A stretch of 64,000 nt of DNA, from contig OZ241917.1 of assembly GCA_965203805.1 (NCBI GenBank), forward strand, positions 832,001 through 896,000. Reading direction: 5' to 3'. This DNA comes from Candidatus Latescibacterota bacterium (GTDB taxonomy: Bacteria > Latescibacterota > UBA2968 > GCA-2709665). The position numbers and the translations under genes are program-made. The notes beneath the pieces are model-generated. The model was not told the DNA's origin. It saw only the letters and a list, made by a program, of their open reading frames with translations, and did no database searches. Below are positions 10,048-18,900 of the stretch, piece after piece; position 1 is the first letter of the stretch, and every line of letters starts with the position of its first letter.

Positions 10048-11463
10048 TCAGGCCAACTGATGCGGCAGAATATACGGGTGCGGCGAACCCATCAGGTCGT
10101 CGACGGAACCTGCGGGTGCATCCCCCCGTGCGGCTCGCGCCGCCGTGTCCGCAAGATCGTAGGTGCCAATCAGAACCCGGCGCTTCAGGGCGCTCTCCAG
10201 GTCGGCTGGGGTCAGGTCGTCGAGAAACAGGCCGTGATGGCTCACACAGTTGGGAGGCAGGATCACCAGATCGGTTTCACGCCACTGCGACTTCAGCGCG
10301 TCCAGCATGTCTTGTCCGGTCAACAGTCCCGATACCGTGATGCCTTCGCCCAGAAAGCGGTTTTTCACCTCCACGACGCGCACCGACATCCAGGGGATAC
10401 GGTTCAGGCGCTTCGCCATCGGCCGGATAAAACCCGCGCCCAGAACACTTGTGACCAGCGTTATCGAGATCGGTCCGGACCTCAGCGATTCCAGCGCGGG
10501 CGCCCCCTCTACGAAGCGGTCCGTGAACCGCCTCACCATCCCCACGCCGTTCTCTACGAGCGGAAAGCCGTCGTAGTGTGCGGCCCCGGGGACTTCCCGG
10601 CGCGCCATCAGATAGAATTCGTCTCCGAAGTAGACAAAGTTGACGCCAAACTTTCTGCGAAGCTGCCGCTGCCATGCCGACGCCTGATTCAGGCACTCCA
10701 CGGCAACTTCCGGCGTTACCGGGTCCAGGCGGGGCAGGTTCTGACGGTATCGGGTCAGTCCGAGGGGAACGATGCCCACGGACGCCACGGCGGGGTACCA
10801 TCGGGCCAGGTCGTACACCGTCCGTTTGAGGTGCTGACCGTCGTTCAGCCCCGGGCACAGAACGACCTGCGCGTGCATCTGGATGCCGTGACTCGCCAGG
10901 AAATCGATGCGTTCCATCACGTCCACCGGCTCCGTGCGTCCCAGAAGCGTCGCCCTGAGATCCGGATCGGTCGCGTGGACGGAGATGTACATGGGGCTCA
11001 GTCGCTGTTCGACGATCCTGCCGAATTCCTCTTCCGAAAGGTTCGTGAGGGTGACGTAAGCGCCATGGAGAAAGGACAGCCTGTAATCGTCGTCCTGGTA
11101 GTAGAGGGTCTTGCGCATCCTTTTGGGCATCTGGTGGAGAAAACAGAATACGCATTTGTTGTTGCACTTGATGATGGGCATTTCCGACAATGTCACGCCC
11201 AGGTCGTCGTCCGGATCCTTTTCGACGTCCACCACAACGACGTCGTCCCCCCGCCGGAGAACCACCTCCACCGTCTCTTCCGCGACGTGGAAGCGGTAGT
11301 CGATCGGATCGCGCACGGGTTCGCCGTTGATGGATTCGATGACGTCTCCGGGCCGGATACCAACGGCCGCTCCAATCCCTCCGGAGGCGACCGCTTCCAC
11401 GCCGAGCCCTGCGACTGCTTCGTCGACCTGAGGCCGACCCTCCACATGACTTGATTTCTTCAT
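10048..11463 (-). CDS. PDZ plus DUF512 putative radical SAM/Fe-S protein
   Basis: CNNKCVFCF motif, DDDYRLSFLHG, ENGVGM. Confidence 0.9.
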   Translation of the reverse strand: MKKSSHVEGRPQVDEAVAGLGVEAVASGGIGAAVGIRPGDVIESINGEPVRDPIDYRFHVAEETVEVVLRRGDDVVVVDVEKDPDDDLGVTLSEMPIIKCNNKCVFCFLHQMPKRMRKTLYYQDDDYRLSFLHGAYVTLTNLSEEEFGRIVEQRLSPMYISVHATDPDLRATLLGRTEPVDVMERIDFLASHGIQMHAQVVLCPGLNDGQHLKRTVYDLARWYPAVASVGIVPLGLTRYRQNLPRLDPVTPEVAVECLNQASAWQRQLRRKFGVNFVYFGDEFYLMARREVPGAAHYDGFPLVENGVGMVRRFTDRFVEGAPALESLRSGPISITLVTSVLGAGFIRPMAKRLNRIPWMSVRVVEVKNRFLGEGITVSGLLTGQDMLDALKSQWRETDLVILPPNCVSHHGLFLDDLTPADLESALKRRVLIGTYDLADTAARAARGDAPAGSVDDLMGSPHPYILPHQLA

Positions 11464-11656
11464 TTGAATTTATATATACCTGTTAGAGAATAAGGTGCAC
11501 GAAATACTTAATCCATCACTTTGAAGTTAATACAATTGGTGAAAACGTCAAGAAAAATGTGTCGATCCGCCAGCGATGTCCGATCCCCCGGGGGTCGACA
11601 GACTCGGGTCGCCATCATGAAACCCTTCGTTCGCCCGTATGAACCCGGTCCCGCAT

Positions 11657-12199
11657 TTAACGATCCGGCAGGGACAACAGCCCGGGCATGGCTTCGCCGA
11701 CTTCGTTCAGGATCTGAGGGTCCAGGTCGATAACGCGATGGAGGGTCTTTGCGCGAAGAAGCTGTCGGGCCGTGAGACCCTCGGCTCCGGTAAACGTGGT
11801 ACTGCGCAGGTCCGTGTTGCAAAACACGGCGTTTTCGAGATCCGCTTCCTTAAGCGAACCCTCGCTGAGATCGCAATCCGTGAAATCGGCGCCGGCAAGT
11901 ACCGCCCCATAGAGATTCACGCAGTTCAGATTCGCCCGGCGGAAGGTGGCGCTCCTCAGATAGCCGTCGCTCAGGTCCGTATGGTCCAGTACGGTGCGGT
12001 CGAAGTTGGCGCCGACGAGCGTGGCCGAACTGAGATTCTCGTAACTCAGGTCCATGCCGCTGAAATCCACGCCGCTGAGGTCTTCGTAGCTGAAATCGGC
12101 GCCGGACAGATCGGGCGTGAGGCCCGGATTCCTGGCCCGCCAGCCGTTCCATGTCCGGACGCTTTTCCTGATGATGTTCAGTTGATTCGGTTCGGCCAT
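11657..12199 (-). CDS. Pentapeptide repeat protein
   Basis: WNGWR..NP...PDLSGADFS followed by A(D/N)Lxx-type repeats. Confidence 0.9.
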   Translation of the reverse strand: MAEPNQLNIIRKSVRTWNGWRARNPGLTPDLSGADFSYEDLSGVDFSGMDLSYENLSSATLVGANFDRTVLDHTDLSDGYLRSATFRRANLNCVNLYGAVLAGADFTDCDLSEGSLKEADLENAVFCNTDLRSTTFTGAEGLTARQLLRAKTLHRVIDLDPQILNEVGEAMPGLLSLPDR

Positions 12200-12232
12200 T
12201 CAAGCACCTGCGACAGCGCATCTTCCGGGCGT

Positions 12233-13132
12233 TTACGTTGTGAGCGTGTTGACGAAATGCCTCACAAAGCGCTCCGATTCCACGTCCACGCATACCTCGG
12301 CGTTGGACTCAATCGCATCCGAACGGATCGTAACCGTTGCGCCGTTGAGCCGATCGGAGCGCGTTTCCACGTGGATGGCGCGGGACCGCATTTCGCAGAT
12401 CGTGGGGTCGAACACCATTGCCACGGCCAGCGGATCGTGCAGAATGGGATGCTCCCTTCCGGAATCCTCCCGCCACAGTCGGATTAGATCGAAGCAGAGG
12501 CGGTTGATGGTCCGGTCCACCGATCCGATTGCGTCTACCTGCGCGGTGCTCAGGCGGCACGCTTCGGTGACGTCGAGGCCCACCATCGTAATCCGGGCGC
12601 CGGCGCCGAAGACGACATGCGCGGCTTGGGGGTCGCAGTGGATGTTCCACTCCGCCGTCAACCGTCCCACGCATCCTCCCATCAGGCAAATTGTCGTCTT
12701 CTCCGCCAGGCGAGGCTCCAGGGTGAAGGCGGCCGCGACATTCGTCAGCGGGCCTATGGGTACGAGCGTAATGTCGCCATCGCCGCTCATAATCGTATCG
12801 ACAATGAACTCCACGGCGCGGCCGGGGGCGGGCCGGGAGCGTCCGGTATACCGCTGGATGGCCTCCATCTGACGCGGCCGATGCGATTCGATTGCCGCCC
12901 GGCTCCTGGCGTGCGAATCGAACAGCGGCTTTCCGAGACCCGCGAACACGGGTACGTCTCCCCTGCCGAGCGCGTCAAGGACGCAACATGCCAGTTCGGC
13001 CCGCCGCGCGGTATCCCGGAAGACCGTGGTGACGCCAACAAGCTCGATCTCCCCGCAAAGCAGCGCGAACGTCAGCGCGAGCGCGTCGTCAACGTCGTCT
13101 CCGATATCCGTATCGAGGATGATCTTTTTCAT
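12233..13132 (-). CDS. Inosine/uridine-preferring nucleoside hydrolase family protein
   Basis: LDTDIGDDVDD, IGPLTNVA, AEWNI..DP, LHDPLAV. Confidence 0.92.
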   Translation of the reverse strand: MKKIILDTDIGDDVDDALALTFALLCGEIELVGVTTVFRDTARRAELACCVLDALGRGDVPVFAGLGKPLFDSHARSRAAIESHRPRQMEAIQRYTGRSRPAPGRAVEFIVDTIMSGDGDITLVPIGPLTNVAAAFTLEPRLAEKTTICLMGGCVGRLTAEWNIHCDPQAAHVVFGAGARITMVGLDVTEACRLSTAQVDAIGSVDRTINRLCFDLIRLWREDSGREHPILHDPLAVAMVFDPTICEMRSRAIHVETRSDRLNGATVTIRSDAIESNAEVCVDVESERFVRHFVNTLTT

Positions 13133-13190
13133 GCGTTTAACTCTCCTTCACGTCGTGCTGCTGGATCCAACAGCGCCCAACCTGCCAAAA

Positions 13191-13325
13191 CGTGGTCATT
13201 GGGCATGCCTGCATTGAGCTTGTCGAAACGGCTTGTCGAAGTGCCCACATCGTCCCTGTCTAAATGCGTTTGTCAATGCGTGGTCATTGAGCATGCCTGC
13301 ATTGAGCTTGTCGAAATGTCGAAAT
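13191..13325. repeat. REP-like direct repeat pair (TGAGCTTGTCGAA family)
   Basis: CGTGGTCATTG(G/A)GCATGCCTGCATTGAGCTTGTCGAAA at 13191-13228 and 13279-13316 (1 mismatch in 38); related copy at 49581-49612. Confidence 0.85.
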
Positions 13326-13337
13326 GCCCGCGTTTCG

Positions 13338-14024
13338 CTATCCCTTCGCCTTCCCATTGGCGCCCGCTACCATTCGCGACGGAACTCCTATCAGGTCAAC
13401 TGGATTATCCGCCTCCACCGGCCGCGCGCCGATTTCAAACAGGTGCGCATTATCCTTCGACGCCAGCGCGAACACCGGTTTCCCGTCTCTAATTGCCCGG
13501 CGGCACAGCGCCTCGATCTTTCCGCCTGCTTCCGCGTGGGCAATCAGAATGGTATCCGCAAGCGCGGCAATGCGTGCGTTTCGTTCAGTCGCGGCAGCTA
13601 CCGTGGGACGATGTACTTGATCATCGAAAAAAGACAGAATCGCGAGGCGGCCATCATTGAGTGCAGGATTCCATATCTTTAATACCCGCATCCTGCCAAG
13701 TCCTCGGGCCGGACAGACGACCAAACGCGCAGGTCCTGGCAACAGGAGGTATAGAAGCTCCTTTTCCATAGGAGACTGATACCCGCCCACGATCGTCACG
13801 TAGGTATCCCGTAGCGCCCGCGCGAGATCGTACGTCTTCAGGATCGGATCGCCCGGGCACCGAATCGAACAGAAGAAACCGATCAACCGTCCCCGTAGAA
13901 TCCGTGGATCCCCCAAGAACGCGACCGGCGTCTCTCCCCCGGCGCTGATGGCTCGCCTCAACGCCGCCGGCATATCCGGCGTGTCTTTCGTGTAGCGTCT
14001 GATCTTCGTCTCGGAAAATCCCAA
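13338..14024 (-). CDS. DprA/SMF-like (SLOG) domain protein, short form
   Basis: GFFCSIRCPG...GGYQSPMEKE...CPARG...ERNARIAALAD..LIAHA..GGK; start uncertain. Confidence 0.75.
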   Translation of the reverse strand: MGFSETKIRRYTKDTPDMPAALRRAISAGGETPVAFLGDPRILRGRLIGFFCSIRCPGDPILKTYDLARALRDTYVTIVGGYQSPMEKELLYLLLPGPARLVVCPARGLGRMRVLKIWNPALNDGRLAILSFFDDQVHRPTVAAATERNARIAALADTILIAHAEAGGKIEALCRRAIRDGKPVFALASKDNAHLFEIGARPVEADNPVDLIGVPSRMVAGANGKAKG

Positions 14025-14175
14025 TTGCCCCCCTGGGCCGATTATCTATTGGCAACGAAAGGCCACCAACTCGGTGAACTGACCCTGTCGAATATCCTAT
14101 ACGATAGCGCCAGGCCTTTCATCCCAACGACACGCAACGACACGCCATCACTCCCCCTTGAGGGGGGTCAACGGC

Positions 14176-14232
14176 ACCCTCACCCGGCGCTGCGCGCCAC
14201 CCTCTCCCACAGGGAGAGGGTCTGATTTCCAG
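14176..14232. repeat. REP-like palindrome (CCCTCACCC...CCCTCTCCC-GGGAGAGGG family), copy 1
   Basis: CACCCTCACCCGGCGCTGCGCGCCACCCTCTCCCACAGGGAGAGGGTCTGATT, near-identical to 15085-15141. Confidence 0.9.
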
Positions 14233-14292
14233 ACCTTCGATCAGCCTCTATATTATGTACGCTGAGCATAGTTCGAGTAATTTCGCAGTCGT

Positions 14293-14586
14293 TCATACGT
14301 AAAGTACCTCTTTTTCGACGCGCTGTATAAACCCGGTTCGGAGATTCTTACTCAACCGCCGGATATCCACCCTGCATCCAAGGGCTTGCTCCACAAAGAT
14401 GTGAAGCCCGGCCAGATCGTCGAACTTCGGCTCCCGGAGTTCAACAACGAGGTCGACGTCACTCTCATCCCGCTGCGTTCCCGAAGCGTATGACCCGTAC
14501 AGACCGATCCGTCGGACGCCAAATCGACGCTCCATTTCACCTTTATTCTCGGCAAGAAACCTGAGAATGTCTTGTGCTGATCTCAT
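14293..14586 (-). CDS. Minimal nucleotidyltransferase (MntA-like antitoxin), orphan
   Basis: FGVRRIGLYGSYA.G.Q...SDVDLVVE; 97 aa from ATG 14586; no DUF86/HEPN ORF follows. Confidence 0.85.
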   Translation of the reverse strand: MRSAQDILRFLAENKGEMERRFGVRRIGLYGSYASGTQRDESDVDLVVELREPKFDDLAGLHIFVEQALGCRVDIRRLSKNLRTGFIQRVEKEVLYV

Positions 14587-14632
14587 AATTGGTTCCTTAA
14601 TTCGCGCTGGGCAGGTTCTACTTAGAAACACA

Positions 14633-14914
14633 CCTGTCCAAAATCGGTTTCTGTCTTGGACAGCATCTGGTTCACTTCCGCGAAGCAGCGCTTCGACCAA
14701 GGTAGCGTGAGTTTCAAAAAGTGCCTATTTCACGGGCTTAATGGGACGGGAACAGCACAATTATGGCCACTGGATGAGTCACTTTGTTCTTGGACAGCAT
14801 TGCGAAGACGATCGCAACCTGGTTTTCATTATCCGGGTCAAACCCGTCCAAAATCGCCAATTGAAGCCATATTTCGAACCTTATCTCTGAGAATCCGACG
14901 GTTCTTGGACAGCA
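14633..14914. repeat. Cluster of TCTTGGACAGCA direct repeats and GTCCAAAATCG inverted partners
   Basis: TCTTGGACAGCA at 14654, 14788 and 14903; C(T/C)GTCCAAAATCG at 14634 and 14844. Confidence 0.6.
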
Positions 14915-15084
14915 GTGACTTAGAAAATAACATCAGAAACTACGAAACACGCGAAAAAAACGAAAAATCCGTGACTGAATTCAATTACGACCAGGGGCCT
15001 TCGTGGAGCGCATGGCACTGCGCAGGTAGGCGCGTGATTTCCTCTCCATCACTCCCTCTCAATGGGAAGTCGACAAGCCAAGGT

Positions 15085-15141
15085 CACCCTCACCCGGCGC
15101 TGCGCGCCACCCTCTCCCATAGGGAGAGGGTCTGATTGCCA
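15085..15141. repeat. REP-like palindrome (CCCTCACCC family), copy 2
   Basis: Near-identical direct repeat of 14176-14232. Confidence 0.9.
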
Positions 15142-15193
15142 GCCCGAAGGCGCGGCGTTGGAGGCTTTTATGGTCATCACCTACCGCAAGAAT

Positions 15194-15397
15194 TCAACGA
15201 TTCCGTATCCCGCCGGAATGTTCCTCCGGTACTGACAGACCATCTTCTTCGAGCGCGATGATGTATCCAGCGATCGCCTCCCTGATATTGGCAATCGCGT
15301 CCTGTCTCGTGGCCCCCTGACTGACACAGCCGATCAGACTGGGGCACTCAGCCACCCAGTAGCCGTCTTGACCGGGATACAAAACAACCAGTCTCAT
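15194..15397 (-). CDS. HicB-family antitoxin, orphan
   Basis: MRLVVLYPGQDGYWVAECPSLIGCVSQGATRQDAIANIREAI; start trimmed to ATG 15397; no HicA ORF adjacent. Confidence 0.85.
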   Translation of the reverse strand: MRLVVLYPGQDGYWVAECPSLIGCVSQGATRQDAIANIREAIAGYIIALEEDGLSVPEEHSGGIRNR

Positions 15398-15685
15398 CCT
15401 GTCCTTAATTCGCTTTATTGTTCTCGTTCTCTGCGAGTCACTTCGTGCCGACATTCCCGATTTTCTACAGCCGGCGTGAAAGCCAACACAGATGTTCGGA
15501 TGGGCATCCGAGTCTGGTTGAGCGTTTCGAGAACAAATGCAATAATCTTGCCAATACGCGTTCCGATTCGTTGCCGTGGACTGCCTGGCCATTGTGAGCA
15601 ATTTCCACCTGACGACGTCAGAATCGTCGACGCGCATTTGGAGCGCCCGGCCTTGCTGCTGTAACATCACGCAGCAACCCGCATC

Positions 15686-15910
15686 TCACGCGAATTCGTA
15701 GAGAGGCACTGTCGCTGAGGGACGGCGCTCTCCCTCGAGCAGGCTTTCAATCCTTCGGACCGTGTCGAGATTCAGCAGCACATCACCGCAAAAGGAACAG
15801 ATCTCAGCAGGAACATGGTCGATCACGATCACCTCGCCCTTGTGCCGTACGGTGTGGGTGATGTTTTTTGCTTCGTATTCGCCTGGACATCCGTCAATGC
15901 TGCATTTCAT
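15686..15910 (-). CDS. YgiT-type zinc finger (MqsA-like antitoxin)
   Basis: MKCSIDGC...VIDHVPAEICSFCGD, 74 aa. Confidence 0.85.
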   Translation of the reverse strand: MKCSIDGCPGEYEAKNITHTVRHKGEVIVIDHVPAEICSFCGDVLLNLDTVRRIESLLEGERRPSATVPLYEFA

Positions 15911-15978
15911 TGCGATCGTCTCCTTTGGGTCGGAGTAACCCATTTGAGCAGTTTGGGTTCATAGACCACATCTGTACC
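15907..15978 (-). pseudogene. C-terminal scar of a DUF4258-type toxin
   Basis: Reads VVYEPKLLKWVTPTQRRRSQ*, with the stop overlapping the YgiT start (ATGA), like DUF4258 C-termini. Confidence 0.6.
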
Positions 15979-15988
15979 GGCCAATACC

Positions 15989-18900
15989 TCAAGCCCATGG
16001 ACCGATGCCTTCGACGATTTTGCGATACAGGAAATTTCGATCTAACTCCTTCTCGCGTTCCTTGCAGGCTCGTTTCAGTTCATCCCTGTTTAGACGAACA
16101 TGTGCCATCTTCTGTTTATAAACATCGTCCTTCTCCGAGACGGCATCGATCTTTTTTTGAATCCAGGTCCAACTTCGGCGATCCGTTGCACGTAGAAACA
16201 AGACCCAGGCAGCGTACGCGGTTGACGGATCGGCAGCGTCGAGATAGGCGTTCCACCAATGGCGGGCACAAGCCTCAATCCACCTCGAGCGAGCCGACAT
16301 ACAGGTAACGCGGGCATTGGTTGTCTCGAGTTCGCCTTCGGGCCAAGCCTCAGCAATAGGTAGTGAGTTGTTCACGCGGAAACCCTCCAGGACCATGGCA
16401 CGCGCACGCCTCCACGCATAGGGTGACACCCGGTCTTTTTCGATAACCTGGTTGAGCCATTCCAACTTATCGTTGAAAACGGCAGCAATCGCGAGGTCGA
16501 AAAGCGCACGGTCGTCAGTTTGGTCAAACTTCAGTTCCGCGACCTCAACCCTTAGTTCCAGTACCTCTGGAGATTCAGGCACCCGAAAAGCCATATGCAG
16601 AAGGTCATCGACGCCGGCAGCGCCTACGTAACGCGTTCTCAGGGTTTCACTCAGGACACGCCACAACCGTACGCCCCGACCGGGATCGAGAATCAGAAGA
16701 GCCTCACAGAGAGCCAGGTATGCTCCCTCGGCCCGATGCACGCGGTTTTCAAACTCCGCTGTTGGTTCTGAGTAACCATCCAGCCAACGGTCGACATAAT
16801 CTGGTGCAAATTCAATAACGGGCTTGAAGTCCAAATAATCAAAGATTGCTTGAAAGAGTGTAACTCCGTTCCGTCGCGCTTCGTCTATTCGAGTGGCAGC
16901 AGTATCGATTGCACGTCGATGGGCCTGTAAATTCGCGTCCGGATCGAATGCGAGTTGCATTGCCTCCACTTCGTTCTCGCTCCGGCGGGGTGACACTGAA
17001 TATGAAAATGGAAGGAAATCGACCCGCGTCAGATCGACTGATATGTCGGATCCCAAGTCCAAATCGATTAGAGCATTGTCGGTCAAAGCGTTACCAAAAA
17101 TCGCCGCCGCCACTTTTATCTCTGCCGGATCTGCTCCCCGCCTGCGTACAGCCTCGAGCAAACGCCAAGGTGCGACTCTCGGCGCCAACTCTTTGAAGGA
17201 TACGGAAGACGACGCCTCGATCAGAGAATCTGTACCGTAATGGTTGACATAAATGTGTTTGTTGAAACACCACGACCAACCACCATCCAAGAGTTCGCGG
17301 CCAAAACGATTCGTGTCTGCCTGGTTCAAGATGATAAACGCAAGCTTCGTATAATTATCGTCCTCATGCACTGCAAACTTCCGAATCCACGACCACGAGT
17401 ATTCGTCGAGTAAGACAGGTTGGATCGCCAACAGTTTGAGTAAATCACGCCGCTGTTTCCCTAAGGCCGAGTCATACTTTCTGATGAGTGCGGTCGCTTC
17501 CTCGGATGTGAGCGGACGCAAGACATTAGAAAAATCCAGCATAATGTCCGGGAGATTGGCTTGGATCAAAGTTTCGACCTGTTCCCTGCCAGTTAGATTC
17601 CGTATCTCTATCGTCAGGAGCCGGTTGGCGGCAATCAGTTCATTTGCATCGTCAATATCCCGTCCTTTATGGCGAAGGGTATTTGCTGCTTGGGCTTCAG
17701 CTTCTCCTGAAAGGAGAAAATGAGACTTCGCCGAGACCGCACTCCAGTGACGGGAATCGAGCGGGCATGTTTTAAGGAATTTCAGTTTGCGCCGGTCAAG
17801 TTCCGCGAGCAGGTCTGGTGCACATCGAGCGAGAGCCGGCACAAGTTCATCAAAGTTTAGATCATCTTTGGTCCGACTTCGGGATCGGTTCAGTTTCTCT
17901 ACGTTAATTGTCCTCGCCAAGTCGCGAAGTTCGGTAACGAAGTTGCACGACGGACGAAAGTTCGGATCAAGCCACAAATCCCGGATTCTCTCTACACGTG
18001 ATTGTACTGCAAGATCACAGTCCTTAAGCACATCGTGAGCGTGTCGCCTCTCCAGCGGCAAAAAGCTTCGACCAGGATTTGCCGCATAGTCTCGCACATA
18101 GTCGTAGCTACGACCGGTGCTTGGATTCAAATGTGTGGCTGCTTTGTCGTCCGATTCTAAGCCCGTTAACCATAGCAGAAGCGCAGCGACACGCTTGGGT
18201 AGATCCAGTTGGATGCCGGGTTCCGGAATGCGACGACGCATATTGTCTGATAAGTCACGCAACCCTATAGCAGTTTCCTTGGGATCGACTTCATTTAACA
18301 GGCAGAGCCATCTTAGTGCTTCCCAGCATCCACTATTATCTCCGGCGGCAAGGGCAGTGACCGCGGCTTCAAGTGTACCCGTCGCCTTAGACAATGGAAA
18401 GCCCTCAAGAATCAAAGGAACCGTTGATTTAATCTGACCTGGGTGCCTATCGACAAGGTTGAGTTTGACGCCGACAACTGAAATGGTACCGGCAGAGTGA
18501 GTTCCGATCAGTTTCGAGAGATGATCTTCCCTCCACTTTCTTTGTTCATCACTCCGTTTGCGCCGGGTATCAATGTCAAGGTAAACGGTCCCCATCCATC
18601 GTCTTGTACGTTCGACAATTACTTTAAGGGCGGCATCGTCGGTCCGCGGAATTACACGCAGTGCTTTCACGGCCCAATGACGGGCCGACTCCTGAATCTC
18701 TGAGTCCGAATATTCAACAACGTCAAGAAGGGCTCCTGGAAGGCTAGACGCAAGTGCGACGATTTCCTGCCGATGCTTATCGGTTACGTTCTGAGCTTGT
18801 AGCCAAGCTGTAAGTAGTACTCCGGCTTTTGGCAACGCTCCATCGCCAATCTCAACCTGTATTGACACTGCCGCACGAAGAATTTCCGCCGTCTGATCGA

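Noticed and set aside
15398-15670. N-terminal extension of the HicB ORF to 158 aa
   Set aside because: HicB similarity starts at ATG 15397 with AGGA upstream; the extension looks like open noncoding or scar DNA
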